This document shows, in pieces, positions 27,827-37,164 of a DNA stretch of 64,000 nt. The translations under genes and the position numbers were made by a program. Position 1 is the stretch's first letter. Each line of letters starts with the position of its first letter. A model generated the notes under the pieces. That model saw nothing but the letters and a program-made list of their open reading frames with translations, had not been told where the DNA came from and searched no databases. Origin of the DNA: Candidatus Ozemobacteraceae bacterium (GTDB taxonomy: Bacteria > Muiribacteriota > Ozemobacteria > Ozemobacterales > Ozemobacteraceae); the NCBI GenBank assembly GCA_965140445.1, contig OZ223236.1, positions 4,288,001 to 4,352,000 on the forward strand. Direction: 5' to 3'.

Positions 27827-30416
27827 ATCTTTCATCAACAACTGTTTTTAACTTTCCGGTCCTTGAGTTTCGCGGAATCTCACCAGGTTTAAACCACTCG
27901 ATTTCCAAAACCATCCAACCTTCAGACAAAGATTCTTCAAGTTTGTAAGAGCCCTGTTGCAAAGCCTCAAAAACCCTTTTATTATCAAGTTTTTTTTCGG
28001 CTTCAATTCGAACAGTAAGATGTTCTTTTCCCTCTTTTAAAGAAGCCACGATCTGGAAGTTTGGGCTGACATCTAATTTGTTCAATCCAGCAGCAACGTC
28101 GATTGGCATTAAATTTATACCGCCAACAACTAACAGATCATCACATCGCCCAAGCAATTCAAAAGAACGACCCTTGAATCCACAGCTACATTCATGATCT
28201 TTAAACCAGACGCCAAGATCGCCTGTTTTATATCTTACAACTGGCATTAAAACTCTATTAAGATTGGTTGCAACGATTTCTCCAGGAGTTCCCGGAGGGC
28301 ACTCCTGACCACTTTCAGGATCAAGAATCTCTATATAACAATACTGGTCGAGTTCATGATGAATTGCTCCCTTTAGGTCAAGGCATTGCCAACCCACCGG
28401 ACCAGTATCTACACAGGCATATCCCGCTGAGCGAATCAGCTTTGCGCCTAATGTTTCTTCCAAAAATTTGCAAGTTTGGGGGCGCAAATGTTCGCCACCA
28501 TAAAGCACTTTCTCAATTTGAATTGGCAGCCCTTTTTTCTTAACCTCTTCTGCAAGCTTAACAATAATGGAAGGCAAGCCCACAACAGCATTAACTTTGA
28601 AAATTTCCAGATATTTCAAAATATTTTCAAAGTCAGATCCGCCACCAACAGGCAAGTTCAAGCACCCCAGATTTTCGAGAGCTCTCCCGGCCACATTAAA
28701 ACTTGTCCAAAGATTTCCCGCCAAAAATAAATTTGCAACCCGATCGCCTTTCTCAAGACCAGCATCTGAATAAATTTCAGTCAGAACATCAGTTACATAC
28801 CTATATTCATCATTTGAATACAAAGTGAATTTCGGGCTTCCTGTGGTTCCCCCTGAGGCATAGACATATGCGTCTGTCATTGGTCCAGTAAGAATATCAC
28901 CGGATTCAGGGGGAGAATTCCGATAAAATGTTTCTCTATCAAGCAAAGGAAGCTTTTTAAAAGCATCAATACCATGGCAACCGGTTTGGGAAACAATTCG
29001 GCTGTAATACGGCGAACCCAGAATTTTACCCAACAAAGTTTCTACTTTGTTTTCAGAAGTGTTCCTAAATTCCCGTGCAACCCAATCCACCAGATCTCGT
29101 AGCAAATAACTGCCTTCATGTGGGGCCCCTTCATGGCCTTCGCTCATACCACCAATTGCAGTAACCCTTTTTGCGCCAAGACCAATCATCCCGTCAGCAA
29201 TGATTTCTTCACTTTCAGGAGTAGCCAGCACACCAACAGTCTGGAGAAAAGCCCCTAATGGACGGACCTTTTCCAGCAATTCATCAACTGATTCAAGCCT
29301 CTTAAAAAACAGGGTTCTGTTTAAACAGGAAACTCTAAATTCAGAATCTTTTTCATACACCAGAGTAAATAAAAAGTCTGTAGGGCATAAAAGCCGGCTC
29401 TCACCTTTGGCTTCAGACATTCTGGTTAACTCACGAACTTTGCGAATTTCTACCTTCTCATCAAAGGACAATCGACCAACCGGAAGCGTTTCTGACAAAT
29501 CAAATAACTCATCATAAAGGGCTTCCATAAACTCATTCAACAAAGCTTCATCAGTATCAATAAAGTAGACAAGATGAGGGGAAGAACATGCCTGCTGATC
29601 CCAGCGACACAAATCAAGAGCAAGCCCTTTAACTGTCTGCTCCAGCTGGCATCCTTCCAATCTTTTTCCTTCAATTGCAGCAAAGGAATACCTTGGCCCG
29701 TTTTCAATCAACCTGGTATGAGCGCCAGTTCGGGAGCGCACAGATTCTAACGCTTCAAGCCCTCCCCAAAAAACTACAGTCAGAGGAGCTTTTAAAAGCA
29801 GATTCTCGACTAGCTCATCTCCGCCCTTCCATAGCAAAACAGCCTGATGTGGCCAGACAAGTCCCTCGGGATCGTTTTCTTTAATACTCTCCAGGAAAAG
29901 AATCGGGAATAAACTATCCACACGCGACATTTTCAAGATGTTTGCGTTTTTGGTGATTATTCCTGAAACAAGACTATCAACAGCTCCGACAAAAACGTTA
30001 CCGGCGGTAAGATGCAGGAGAACTCCTCGGGGAACAGCCTTCAATTCGTGGCCATTGTGAGGTTGCGGTCTCCACTCATCTAAAACTCTAAGATCGCCCA
30101 GCTCCCCACGTAGACGTTTTTCAATACTAGCTCTGGAACAGATTTGTCCCACAACATTCAGCCCCTCAAAAACCATTTCCGAGCTGAAATTGAGCATTTC
30201 AGGAAGAGCTTTTTGCGCTACAACACGCAGAGGGTATTCTGGATCTAGCCAGCAAGCAGAAACTCTCTCTAAAACATCGATAACACATTCAATATCAGGC
30301 CTTGAAGCAAGAGAAGCGTGCTCAAAAGCATCTTCCAAAACCTCAGAAACAATCTGAGAATTTAAAAATTTCAAACCAATACTTTTCCCGAAGGCAAATG
30401 TAACGTCTTTTTTCAT
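27825..30416 (-). CDS. LuxC-like acyl-CoA reductase fused to a PaaK-like (phenylacetate-CoA ligase family) adenylating domain
   Basis: N-part HLTAGNV, FWGG, GPRYSF, DQQACSSP; C-part SGGTTGSPK, LYGGE, RYKTGD, GRCDD. Confidence 0.88.
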   Translation of the reverse strand: MKKDVTFAFGKSIGLKFLNSQIVSEVLEDAFEHASLASRPDIECVIDVLERVSACWLDPEYPLRVVAQKALPEMLNFSSEMVFEGLNVVGQICSRASIEKRLRGELGDLRVLDEWRPQPHNGHELKAVPRGVLLHLTAGNVFVGAVDSLVSGIITKNANILKMSRVDSLFPILFLESIKENDPEGLVWPHQAVLLWKGGDELVENLLLKAPLTVVFWGGLEALESVRSRTGAHTRLIENGPRYSFAAIEGKRLEGCQLEQTVKGLALDLCRWDQQACSSPHLVYFIDTDEALLNEFMEALYDELFDLSETLPVGRLSFDEKVEIRKVRELTRMSEAKGESRLLCPTDFLFTLVYEKDSEFRVSCLNRTLFFKRLESVDELLEKVRPLGAFLQTVGVLATPESEEIIADGMIGLGAKRVTAIGGMSEGHEGAPHEGSYLLRDLVDWVAREFRNTSENKVETLLGKILGSPYYSRIVSQTGCHGIDAFKKLPLLDRETFYRNSPPESGDILTGPMTDAYVYASGGTTGSPKFTLYSNDEYRYVTDVLTEIYSDAGLEKGDRVANLFLAGNLWTSFNVAGRALENLGCLNLPVGGGSDFENILKYLEIFKVNAVVGLPSIIVKLAEEVKKKGLPIQIEKVLYGGEHLRPQTCKFLEETLGAKLIRSAGYACVDTGPVGWQCLDLKGAIHHELDQYCYIEILDPESGQECPPGTPGEIVATNLNRVLMPVVRYKTGDLGVWFKDHECSCGFKGRSFELLGRCDDLLVVGGINLMPIDVAAGLNKLDVSPNFQIVASLKEGKEHLTVRIEAEKKLDNKRVFEALQQGSYKLEESLSEGWMVLEIEWFKPGEIPRNSRTGKLKTVVDER

Positions 30417-30427
30417 TGAGCCATTCC

Positions 30428-31603
30428 TTACTTCAAAAGATCCAGAGCTTTTATTGCGCATCCTTTATGCTTTGCCAAACCAGCTCTTCCAAGGATTTTA
30501 AACGTCTTTCCACTTCTACCACAGGGACAATTTCCTTCTATAACAGCCTTATCAGTTGTCAACAAGGAAATAGAAGGGTAACTAGACAAATATGGGGTCA
30601 TAAGCTTCAGCAAACCGGGGCTTCCATCAGGTAAAGACTCCAGGGTTTCCGGGTCCACAACCTGAGCTCTTGAATAGATCGGAGTGTGCAAACGCCCTTC
30701 CTCGCAATCCACATAAGGAATCCCGTGCTCGACCATACCGAAAAGGTCCCTAAGATTAGAACCAGGCATTCCCAAAATTTCGCAGACACGTGAACGAAAG
30801 ATATCCTTGGAAACCTCTTCATTCTTATGCATTTTCCAGCCGCCACCTGTGATGATATAGGAATCAGGCCCCAACTCAAGCTTTATTCCCTTTTCTTCCA
30901 ATCTATTGCAGACCTGCCATAAATAAGCGGGAAAGCCAAGAATCCTTACAGGCTCGCTTCTTTTACCAAATTCGATCAGCTTCTTTACGGTAAGATCAAG
31001 ATCAAATTCAAAATCATTGATCTCCTCTTTCCAACGAATTGCATAGAAAACCGTTCTTTTTCCTGTCAAACCGGTAAGCATTTTATCTGAAAAAGCGGTT
31101 CCAACACTGCCTGCAATTTTTGGATCGTATGTAAAACAAAGATAGTTAACTTTTTGCTTAAGGTTTACAAGCCCAAGAGAAGAAAAAATATTGTTTACGA
31201 TTTTCCAGATTCTCTTGTAAGAACGATTATCAAGAACTATTGCGCTACGTTGCCCACCTGTTCCTGAAGAAGTCAGTTCTATTTTAACTTTATCCTCAGG
31301 GATGGAGATGAGCTTGTGTTCTTTAAAAATAGTTACAAGCGTTGGAGGTATCTCCTCTGGAGAATAACACTTATCACCCGGCACACAGCCACTTGATACC
31401 AAAAAAGAATTGAAATCAGGACAGTTTTTTGAATGCCATAGCAAAGCTTCGTTCATTGCGTCTGAAAAAAGTTTATCTGTTAAAGGGTTGTGATCAAAAG
31501 CATCCACGAAATCGAAAAGTTCACCAGTTTTTACAAAGGGTTTACCTTCAGCCAATTCGCCACTCCTCGTCAAAGTCTGGCTGGCATCTAACCAGCATTT
31601 CAT
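30428..31603 (-). CDS. LuxE-like acyl-protein synthetase (true start probably near 31555)
   Basis: LTSSGTGG, ITGGGWK, RDLFGMVEH, C-terminal ILGRAG..KGCA. Confidence 0.88.
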   Translation of the reverse strand: MKCWLDASQTLTRSGELAEGKPFVKTGELFDFVDAFDHNPLTDKLFSDAMNEALLWHSKNCPDFNSFLVSSGCVPGDKCYSPEEIPPTLVTIFKEHKLISIPEDKVKIELTSSGTGGQRSAIVLDNRSYKRIWKIVNNIFSSLGLVNLKQKVNYLCFTYDPKIAGSVGTAFSDKMLTGLTGKRTVFYAIRWKEEINDFEFDLDLTVKKLIEFGKRSEPVRILGFPAYLWQVCNRLEEKGIKLELGPDSYIITGGGWKMHKNEEVSKDIFRSRVCEILGMPGSNLRDLFGMVEHGIPYVDCEEGRLHTPIYSRAQVVDPETLESLPDGSPGLLKLMTPYLSSYPSISLLTTDKAVIEGNCPCGRSGKTFKILGRAGLAKHKGCAIKALDLLK

Positions 31604-32795
31604 ACCAGCATTTCATAAAAGCATCTAAATATCTACGATTGGTATCCACCAAATTCATGTCCATAAAATCAAGACTTTCAAAGGATCTGGAAAAAACAAG
31701 AAAATCTTCCCGTAAACCTTCAGAATTCATTTTCATAGCGGGAAAATAAGCACATGGGAGAAATTTAGCATCTAGCGCTAATCTTTGCATTTGGGGCTTA
31801 AACGCGCTAACCAGCATTTCAATGTAGCGCATACCCGACTTTGATGCTTCCTCGCAAAACCACATGAGTAATGTTCTGAGGTTATTTCCGGAGAATCTAT
31901 AACCAAGAATAACGCCGTTCCCGTCCAGCTTGTTAAAGTTTACAAAGATATCTGCAGATCCATCTTTAGCAGAAAAAAGAAGATTGGGTTCAATAAAAGG
32001 GAAAAACACTTTATCCATAAGATCTTTGGCTTGATACACATCGTATTTTTCTCTTACTTCCGCAATATCATCCTTGAGATCGAATTCTATTTTTTTGCCC
32101 ATTTTTCTAGGGTCTTCGCCCTCAATTTCAATTATCTCCGCCTCTTCAAAATCAAACTGTTCCTGAACAATCTTGTAGAAATCATGAACCTCATTGATAA
32201 GTTTTGGCTGAGGTCTTCTAAACTCTTCGCTGCCTTTGCGGAAATAAATCTCAAGACCATGGGTTTCAAAAGATTCAACTTTTCTTACATTTGGGAAAAT
32301 TCCCATTGGTAAAAAGCCAAGATGCTCTAACACGACCTGAGGGGCAAAGCTTACCGTTCTGGTGGTAGCATATATGACATCACAAGTTCTGGTTTTCTTG
32401 GTAAGCATAATTAAACTATGTTTAACCATGGTCCGCATAACATCCTGACCACGCATTTCTCCAAGAACTGCTGCAGCATAGGACTTCCCTATTTTATTAA
32501 CAGGGTCAATTGCGAAAATAACCGAACCAACAACTCTGCCATCTAATCTGGCCAGCGTCCAAAAATAGGTCGGATCATCAGTTTTCTTTTTTATGGTTTC
32601 CGGATCAGCAACTTCAGGAAGAGTATACTTTCCGCGATAAACTTTTATGTATAAATCAATTATCGCGTCTACATCATCTGGAGTTGCTGGAGAAAACGTA
32701 ACCTCTCTGCCATCCTGCAGGATAAGCTGCATTAAAACTTCCCCTTTCAAGGTATTTACCTCAGTTCCCTGCGAGAGAAGTATACCCTCCATCAT
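31548..32795 (-). CDS. GNAT-domain acyltransferase-like protein
   Basis: ATPDDVDAIIDLY, VVGSV, EMRGQDVM (degenerate motif A); adjacent to luxE-like gene. Confidence 0.65.
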   Translation of the reverse strand: MMEGILLSQGTEVNTLKGEVLMQLILQDGREVTFSPATPDDVDAIIDLYIKVYRGKYTLPEVADPETIKKKTDDPTYFWTLARLDGRVVGSVIFAIDPVNKIGKSYAAAVLGEMRGQDVMRTMVKHSLIMLTKKTRTCDVIYATTRTVSFAPQVVLEHLGFLPMGIFPNVRKVESFETHGLEIYFRKGSEEFRRPQPKLINEVHDFYKIVQEQFDFEEAEIIEIEGEDPRKMGKKIEFDLKDDIAEVREKYDVYQAKDLMDKVFFPFIEPNLLFSAKDGSADIFVNFNKLDGNGVILGYRFSGNNLRTLLMWFCEEASKSGMRYIEMLVSAFKPQMQRLALDAKFLPCAYFPAMKMNSEGLREDFLVFSRSFESLDFMDMNLVDTNRRYLDAFMKCWYEMLVRCQPDFDEEWRIG

Positions 32796-32975
32796 TATTC
32801 TAAGTCAAGGGCACGCCGTGGATGAAGATTTATGACTTAAACCTGACTATAAGTTGGAAATAAATGCTGTTAAAAGAATTTTACATTTTTTTTCAGAACC
32901 CCTTGTACTGAAAAATTTGTTGTGCTATTCTTGCCACGTCCCCAAAACAAAAATCGTTGCGTCAGGTGGTTCTGT

Positions 32976-33905
32976 TTGACTTTTAGCGAATTAATTTCAA
33001 GATTTTTAGAGATGATAGAGAAAGAACGCACTCTATCCTCTAACACCGTGCGCGCATACAAAAACGACCTTGAGAAATTTAATAACTGGTTTTTTGAAAC
33101 CTTTAAAACCTCAAGTTTAAACGAGATGGAAAACCTTACTTTAAGCCAACTCAGAAGTTTTTGGGCCGAGCAAAGAAAAAATGGTTTATCCCACCAGAGT
33201 ATGCGTCGTGCACAATCATCTCTACGTGGAATTTTCAAATACGCGAAAAAACATGATTTAGTAAACAGAAACCCTGTTGAAAGCATGGAGTCTCCAAGAC
33301 GACAACGCCCCCTTCCTAAAGCGCTTGAAAAAGAAGAGCTTCTGGCCTTGCTACACTCACCATCCTCCGAAACACTTCTCGGAAAACGGGACCTGGCAAT
33401 CCTGGAATTACTCTATGGTAGTGGATTACGTGTCTCTGAGCTTGCTGACATTACATTTGATCAAGTTTCATTTTCCACTCAGACAGCAAGAATTCTTGGA
33501 AAAGGTAGAAAAGAAAGAATAGTTCCTTTAACGCCCTCTTCATGTTCAGCCCTGCAAGGCTACATTAGTTTTAGAAATGCACAGCAACCCGAGGGCAAAA
33601 ACGTGCCAAACATCTTTTTAAACAGATATGGAACGGCTCTAACCACCAGAAGCATTGCACGCTTGATAGACAAACACACCAGACAAATGGCTTTAATGAA
33701 GAATATAACTCCTCATCAGCTAAGACATAGTTTTGCAACCCATTTACTGGATGGTGGCGCAGATATTCGAGCTGTTCAGGAGATGCTTGGTCACGAAAAT
33801 TTATCGACCACACAAATATACACTCATATCAGCAAGGAAAAATTGCTAAAAACCTATAAAAACACTCACCCAAGATCAGGTCAGGAGAAAAAGAATGACA
33901 TTTAA
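32976..33905 (+). CDS. xerC: Tyrosine recombinase XerC/CodV
   Basis: LYGSGLRVSEL, GKGRKER, HQLRHSFATHLL, LGHENLSTTQIY; directly precedes hslV; AGGTGG RBS before TTG. Confidence 0.88.
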   Translation: MTFSELISRFLEMIEKERTLSSNTVRAYKNDLEKFNNWFFETFKTSSLNEMENLTLSQLRSFWAEQRKNGLSHQSMRRAQSSLRGIFKYAKKHDLVNRNPVESMESPRRQRPLPKALEKEELLALLHSPSSETLLGKRDLAILELLYGSGLRVSELADITFDQVSFSTQTARILGKGRKERIVPLTPSSCSALQGYISFRNAQQPEGKNVPNIFLNRYGTALTTRSIARLIDKHTRQMALMKNITPHQLRHSFATHLLDGGADIRAVQEMLGHENLSTTQIYTHISKEKLLKTYKNTHPRSGQEKKNDI

Positions 33906-34431
33906 AGGAACAACAATAATTGCCGTTCTCAAAGATGGCTGCCTGGCTTTTGGAGGAGACGGTCAAGTAACTCTGGGTGATCGCGTTATTAAAGCAAAAG
34001 CAAAAAAAATCAGAAGTTTTTATAACGGAAAAGTTCTGGGAGGTTTTGCTGGTCAAACCGCAGACGCGTTTACTCTTTTTGAAAGATTTGAATCAAAACT
34101 TGAAGCGGCCTCCGGGAACCTTACAAAAGCGGCCGTAGATCTTGCTAAAGATTGGCGAATGGACAAGGCCCTCAGACGTCTTGAAGCCATGCTGATTGTC
34201 GGAAACACCGATAAAATATTACTTCTCTCCGGACAAGGCGACGTTCTCGAACCTGATGACCAAATAGCTTCGATTGGCTCAGGATCAGCAATGGCTTTTT
34301 CCGCAGCAAAAGCACTCCTTACGCATACGGATTTCAACCCGGAAAAAGTGGTTACTGAAAGCCTTAAAATTGCTGCTGAACAATGCATATATACTAACTC
34401 GGAAATTACAGTGGAGACGCTGAACAAATGA
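33895..34431 (+). CDS. hslV: ATP-dependent protease peptidase subunit HslV
   Basis: GTTIIAV, GDGQVTLG, KDWRMDKALRRLEAM, IGSGS. Confidence 0.96.
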   Translation: MTFKGTTIIAVLKDGCLAFGGDGQVTLGDRVIKAKAKKIRSFYNGKVLGGFAGQTADAFTLFERFESKLEAASGNLTKAAVDLAKDWRMDKALRRLEAMLIVGNTDKILLLSGQGDVLEPDDQIASIGSGSAMAFSAAKALLTHTDFNPEKVVTESLKIAAEQCIYTNSEITVETLNK

Positions 34432-35853
34432 CAGAAAAAGTAATAATACTTCCAAAAGGAGAACTTACTCCCCAGGAAACAGTTGCAGAACTTGATAAGT
34501 ATATAATTGGCCAGAATAAAGCCAAGCGTGCTGTTGCTATTGCTTTGAGGAACAGGTATCGTCGTCGTTATGTTAAGCAGGAAATGCGCGAAGATATAAG
34601 ACCAAAAAACCTTTTGTTGATTGGACCTACTGGTGTTGGAAAAACTGAAATTGCCAGACGCCTTTCAAAAATTGCTCGCCTCCCCTTCGTTAAAGTTGAA
34701 GCTACCAAATTTACGGAAGTTGGTTATATGGGACGCGATGTTGATTCAATGGTCAGAGATTTAGTTGAAGTCAGCATAGGAATATTAAAAAAACAAAAGA
34801 TGGAAGAGCATGCTCCAAAAGCCAGAGCCAAAGCGTATGATCGCATCCTCGACATCCTTCTTCCAGAATCAAGATCACACCATCCTTTAAGCGGTTTTGA
34901 AAAAAAGTTAAATGAATCGAAAGAAATGTCGATAGATAGTGAAGAGAATAAAAATATTTCAAATACAAGAGAAGAACTCTTGGCCGAATTAAAATCCGGC
35001 AAGCTTAATGAAAAGGAGGTCGAAATCGAAGTGAACGAATCAGTAACACCAGTAGTAGAAGTAGTTTCCACTCAGGGCGGATTCGAAGAAATGGGTTTCA
35101 ACTTCCAGGGAATTCAGAGCATGCTCGGCAATATGTTTCCACCAAAACACAAACAGCGCAAAGCAAAAATTTCAGAAGCAATGGAAATTTTCTATCAGGA
35201 AGAAATTTCCAATCTCCTCGATCATGACGACTTACAGAAAGAAGCTTTAACCCTTGCCCAGGAAAACGGAATCATCTTTCTTGATGAAATCGACAAAATA
35301 GCTTCTTCATTTGTAGGAAAAAGTGGCCCGGATGTATCCAGAGAAGGCGTTCAGCGAGATCTTCTTCCACTGGTAGAAGGAACAACAATTATGACAAAAT
35401 ATGGAATGGTAAAAAACAGACCATATTTTGTTTTTTGCCGCTGGTGCTTTTAATGTAAGCAAACCATCAGATCTCATTCCTGAACTTCAAGGTCGCTTCC
35501 CTGTAAGAGTTGAATTTGAAAAACTTGGCGCCGATGAATTCGAAAGAATTCTTAAAGAGCCAAATACTGCACTCACTAAACAATATGAAGCTCTTCTTCA
35601 GGTTGATGATGTAAACATAGAATTTACAGATGAAGCCATTAAAAGAATTGCGCATTACGCCTGTGAAGCCAATGACACACAAGAAAACATTGGAGCAAGA
35701 AGATTGCACACCATCATGGAACATTTAATGGAAGAAGTTTCATTTGATGCTCCAGCAAATATAAATGGCCACTATTCAGTAGATGGAGCCAAAGTTGACG
35801 AAATCATGACACCTCTGATGAAAGATCAGAACCTTGCCAGATTCATCTTATAA
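34428..35853 (+). pseudogene. hslU: HslU ATPase split by one extra A in an A6 run (35411-35416); real frameshift or sequencing error
   Basis: GPTGVGKT, FLDEIDK, EGVQRDLLP in ORF1; PELQGRFP, ENIGARRL in ORF2; removing one A restores VKTDHILF. Confidence 0.9.
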
Positions 35854-35885
35854 TAATCGATTGAAAATAGAAGGAGAGCACAAAT

Positions 35886-36308
35886 ATGTTTGAAAGATTA
35901 ACCGGAACCTCAACTTTCAACCTGCTTTCAAAAGGTCTTGACGTTGCATCCAAAAGACACAAAGTAATTTCAAATAACATTGCAAACGTTAACACCCCAA
36001 AATTCAAACGTCAGATTGTTACATTTGAAGATGAAATGGCAAAAGTTTTCGATGGCAAAGTGGATCTCGTTGGAAAAAGACTTGAAAACAAACACATTCC
36101 AATAGGCGAAGTAAACTACATGGATGTAAATCCCACAACCATCACAGACAGAATGCACATAATGAAAAACGACAAAAACAACGTGGACATCGATGTTGAA
36201 ATGAGTGATCTGGCGAAAAACACTATGACCTACCAGATTAACGCGAAACGTCTTTCAGCAATGTTTTCTGAGCTTAATGATATCATCGTGAGAGGAGCTA
36301 AAGCATAA
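35886..36308 (+). CDS. flgB: Flagellar rod protein FlgB
   Basis: SNNIANVNTP, NNVDIDVEM. Confidence 0.95.
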   Translation: MFERLTGTSTFNLLSKGLDVASKRHKVISNNIANVNTPKFKRQIVTFEDEMAKVFDGKVDLVGKRLENKHIPIGEVNYMDVNPTTITDRMHIMKNDKNNVDIDVEMSDLAKNTMTYQINAKRLSAMFSELNDIIVRGAKA

Positions 36309-36751
36309 TGGGCATGTTTCGAGCAATTGACACTTCAGCTTCTGGTCTTACCGCAGAACGCCTTAGAATGGATGTTATTTCAAATAACATCGCAAACGTA
36401 AACTCTACAAGAACAGAGTCTGGCGAACCGTTCAGAAGAAAAATGGTTATCTTTCAGGCAAGAAGACCTGGTAGCAGACTACCTCTTATGGACAGAGTTA
36501 AGCCAAATGTTCCTGGCACCGGTGTAAGAGTTCAAAAAATCATGGAAGATATGGCTCCTTTCAAAATGGAATACGATCCAAATCATCCGGATGCAGATGG
36601 TGAAGGATACGTAAGAAGACCAAACATCAACATCGTTCATGAAATGGTTGATATGATTACGGCAACAAGGGCTTACGAAGCAAATGTAACCAGCATCAAC
36701 TCAGCTAAAGATATGATAAGCGCCGCTTTAAATATCGGAGGGAGATCTTAA
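36308..36751 (+). CDS. flgC: Flagellar rod protein FlgC
   Basis: ERLRMDVISNNIAN, YDPNHPDAD, EMVDMITATRAYEAN. Confidence 0.96.
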   Translation: MGMFRAIDTSASGLTAERLRMDVISNNIANVNSTRTESGEPFRRKMVIFQARRPGSRLPLMDRVKPNVPGTGVRVQKIMEDMAPFKMEYDPNHPDADGEGYVRRPNINIVHEMVDMITATRAYEANVTSINSAKDMISAALNIGGRS

Positions 36752-36757
36752 TAGGTT

Positions 36758-37057
36758 ATGAGAATTCTTGATAAAAGTCCTTTCATGCAGGTGCAAACTG
36801 GTCCAGATAAAATTAGAACAAATTCAAAGGACCAGTGGAAAATGTTTTTAGATGGACTTCAAACATCTATCGGAGAAGTTGATGCGTTGGGAAAAGAATC
36901 AGAAAAACTCACACAGGACGCCGTTCTTGGAAGAGTAGACAATCTTCATGACGTAATGATTGCAGCTGAAAAAGCAAAGACCGCAATGAATCTAACACTG
37001 GAAGTTAGAGGAAAAGCTCTGGAAGCATACAAAGAAATTATGAGAATGAATTTTTAG
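36758..37057 (+). CDS. fliE: Flagellar hook-basal body protein FliE
   Basis: LHDVMIAAEKA, VRGKALEAYKEIMRM. Confidence 0.94.
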   Translation: MRILDKSPFMQVQTGPDKIRTNSKDQWKMFLDGLQTSIGEVDALGKESEKLTQDAVLGRVDNLHDVMIAAEKAKTAMNLTLEVRGKALEAYKEIMRMNF

Positions 37058-37164
37058 TCTTTACAGATTAAAATAACCGTACTATAAATAATCAATACAA
37101 TTTAAACTCTAAAATTGTGCAAAAAAAATAAACAGGCACAATAGGGAGTAGGGAGTAGCAAGCG

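Noticed and set aside
27825..31603. Bioluminescence operon
   Set aside because: No luxA, luxB, luxD or luxG in the window
32801..32839. TAAGTCA...TGACTTA inverted repeat upstream of the GNAT-lux operon as a riboswitch or operator
   Set aside because: Only a 7-bp stem, no recognisable aptamer, and could be chance
32976..33905. Tyrosine recombinase as the array's IntI
   Set aside because: It is about 18 kb away, sits in the xerC-hslVU context, and shows no room for the IntI-specific insertion before HxLRH
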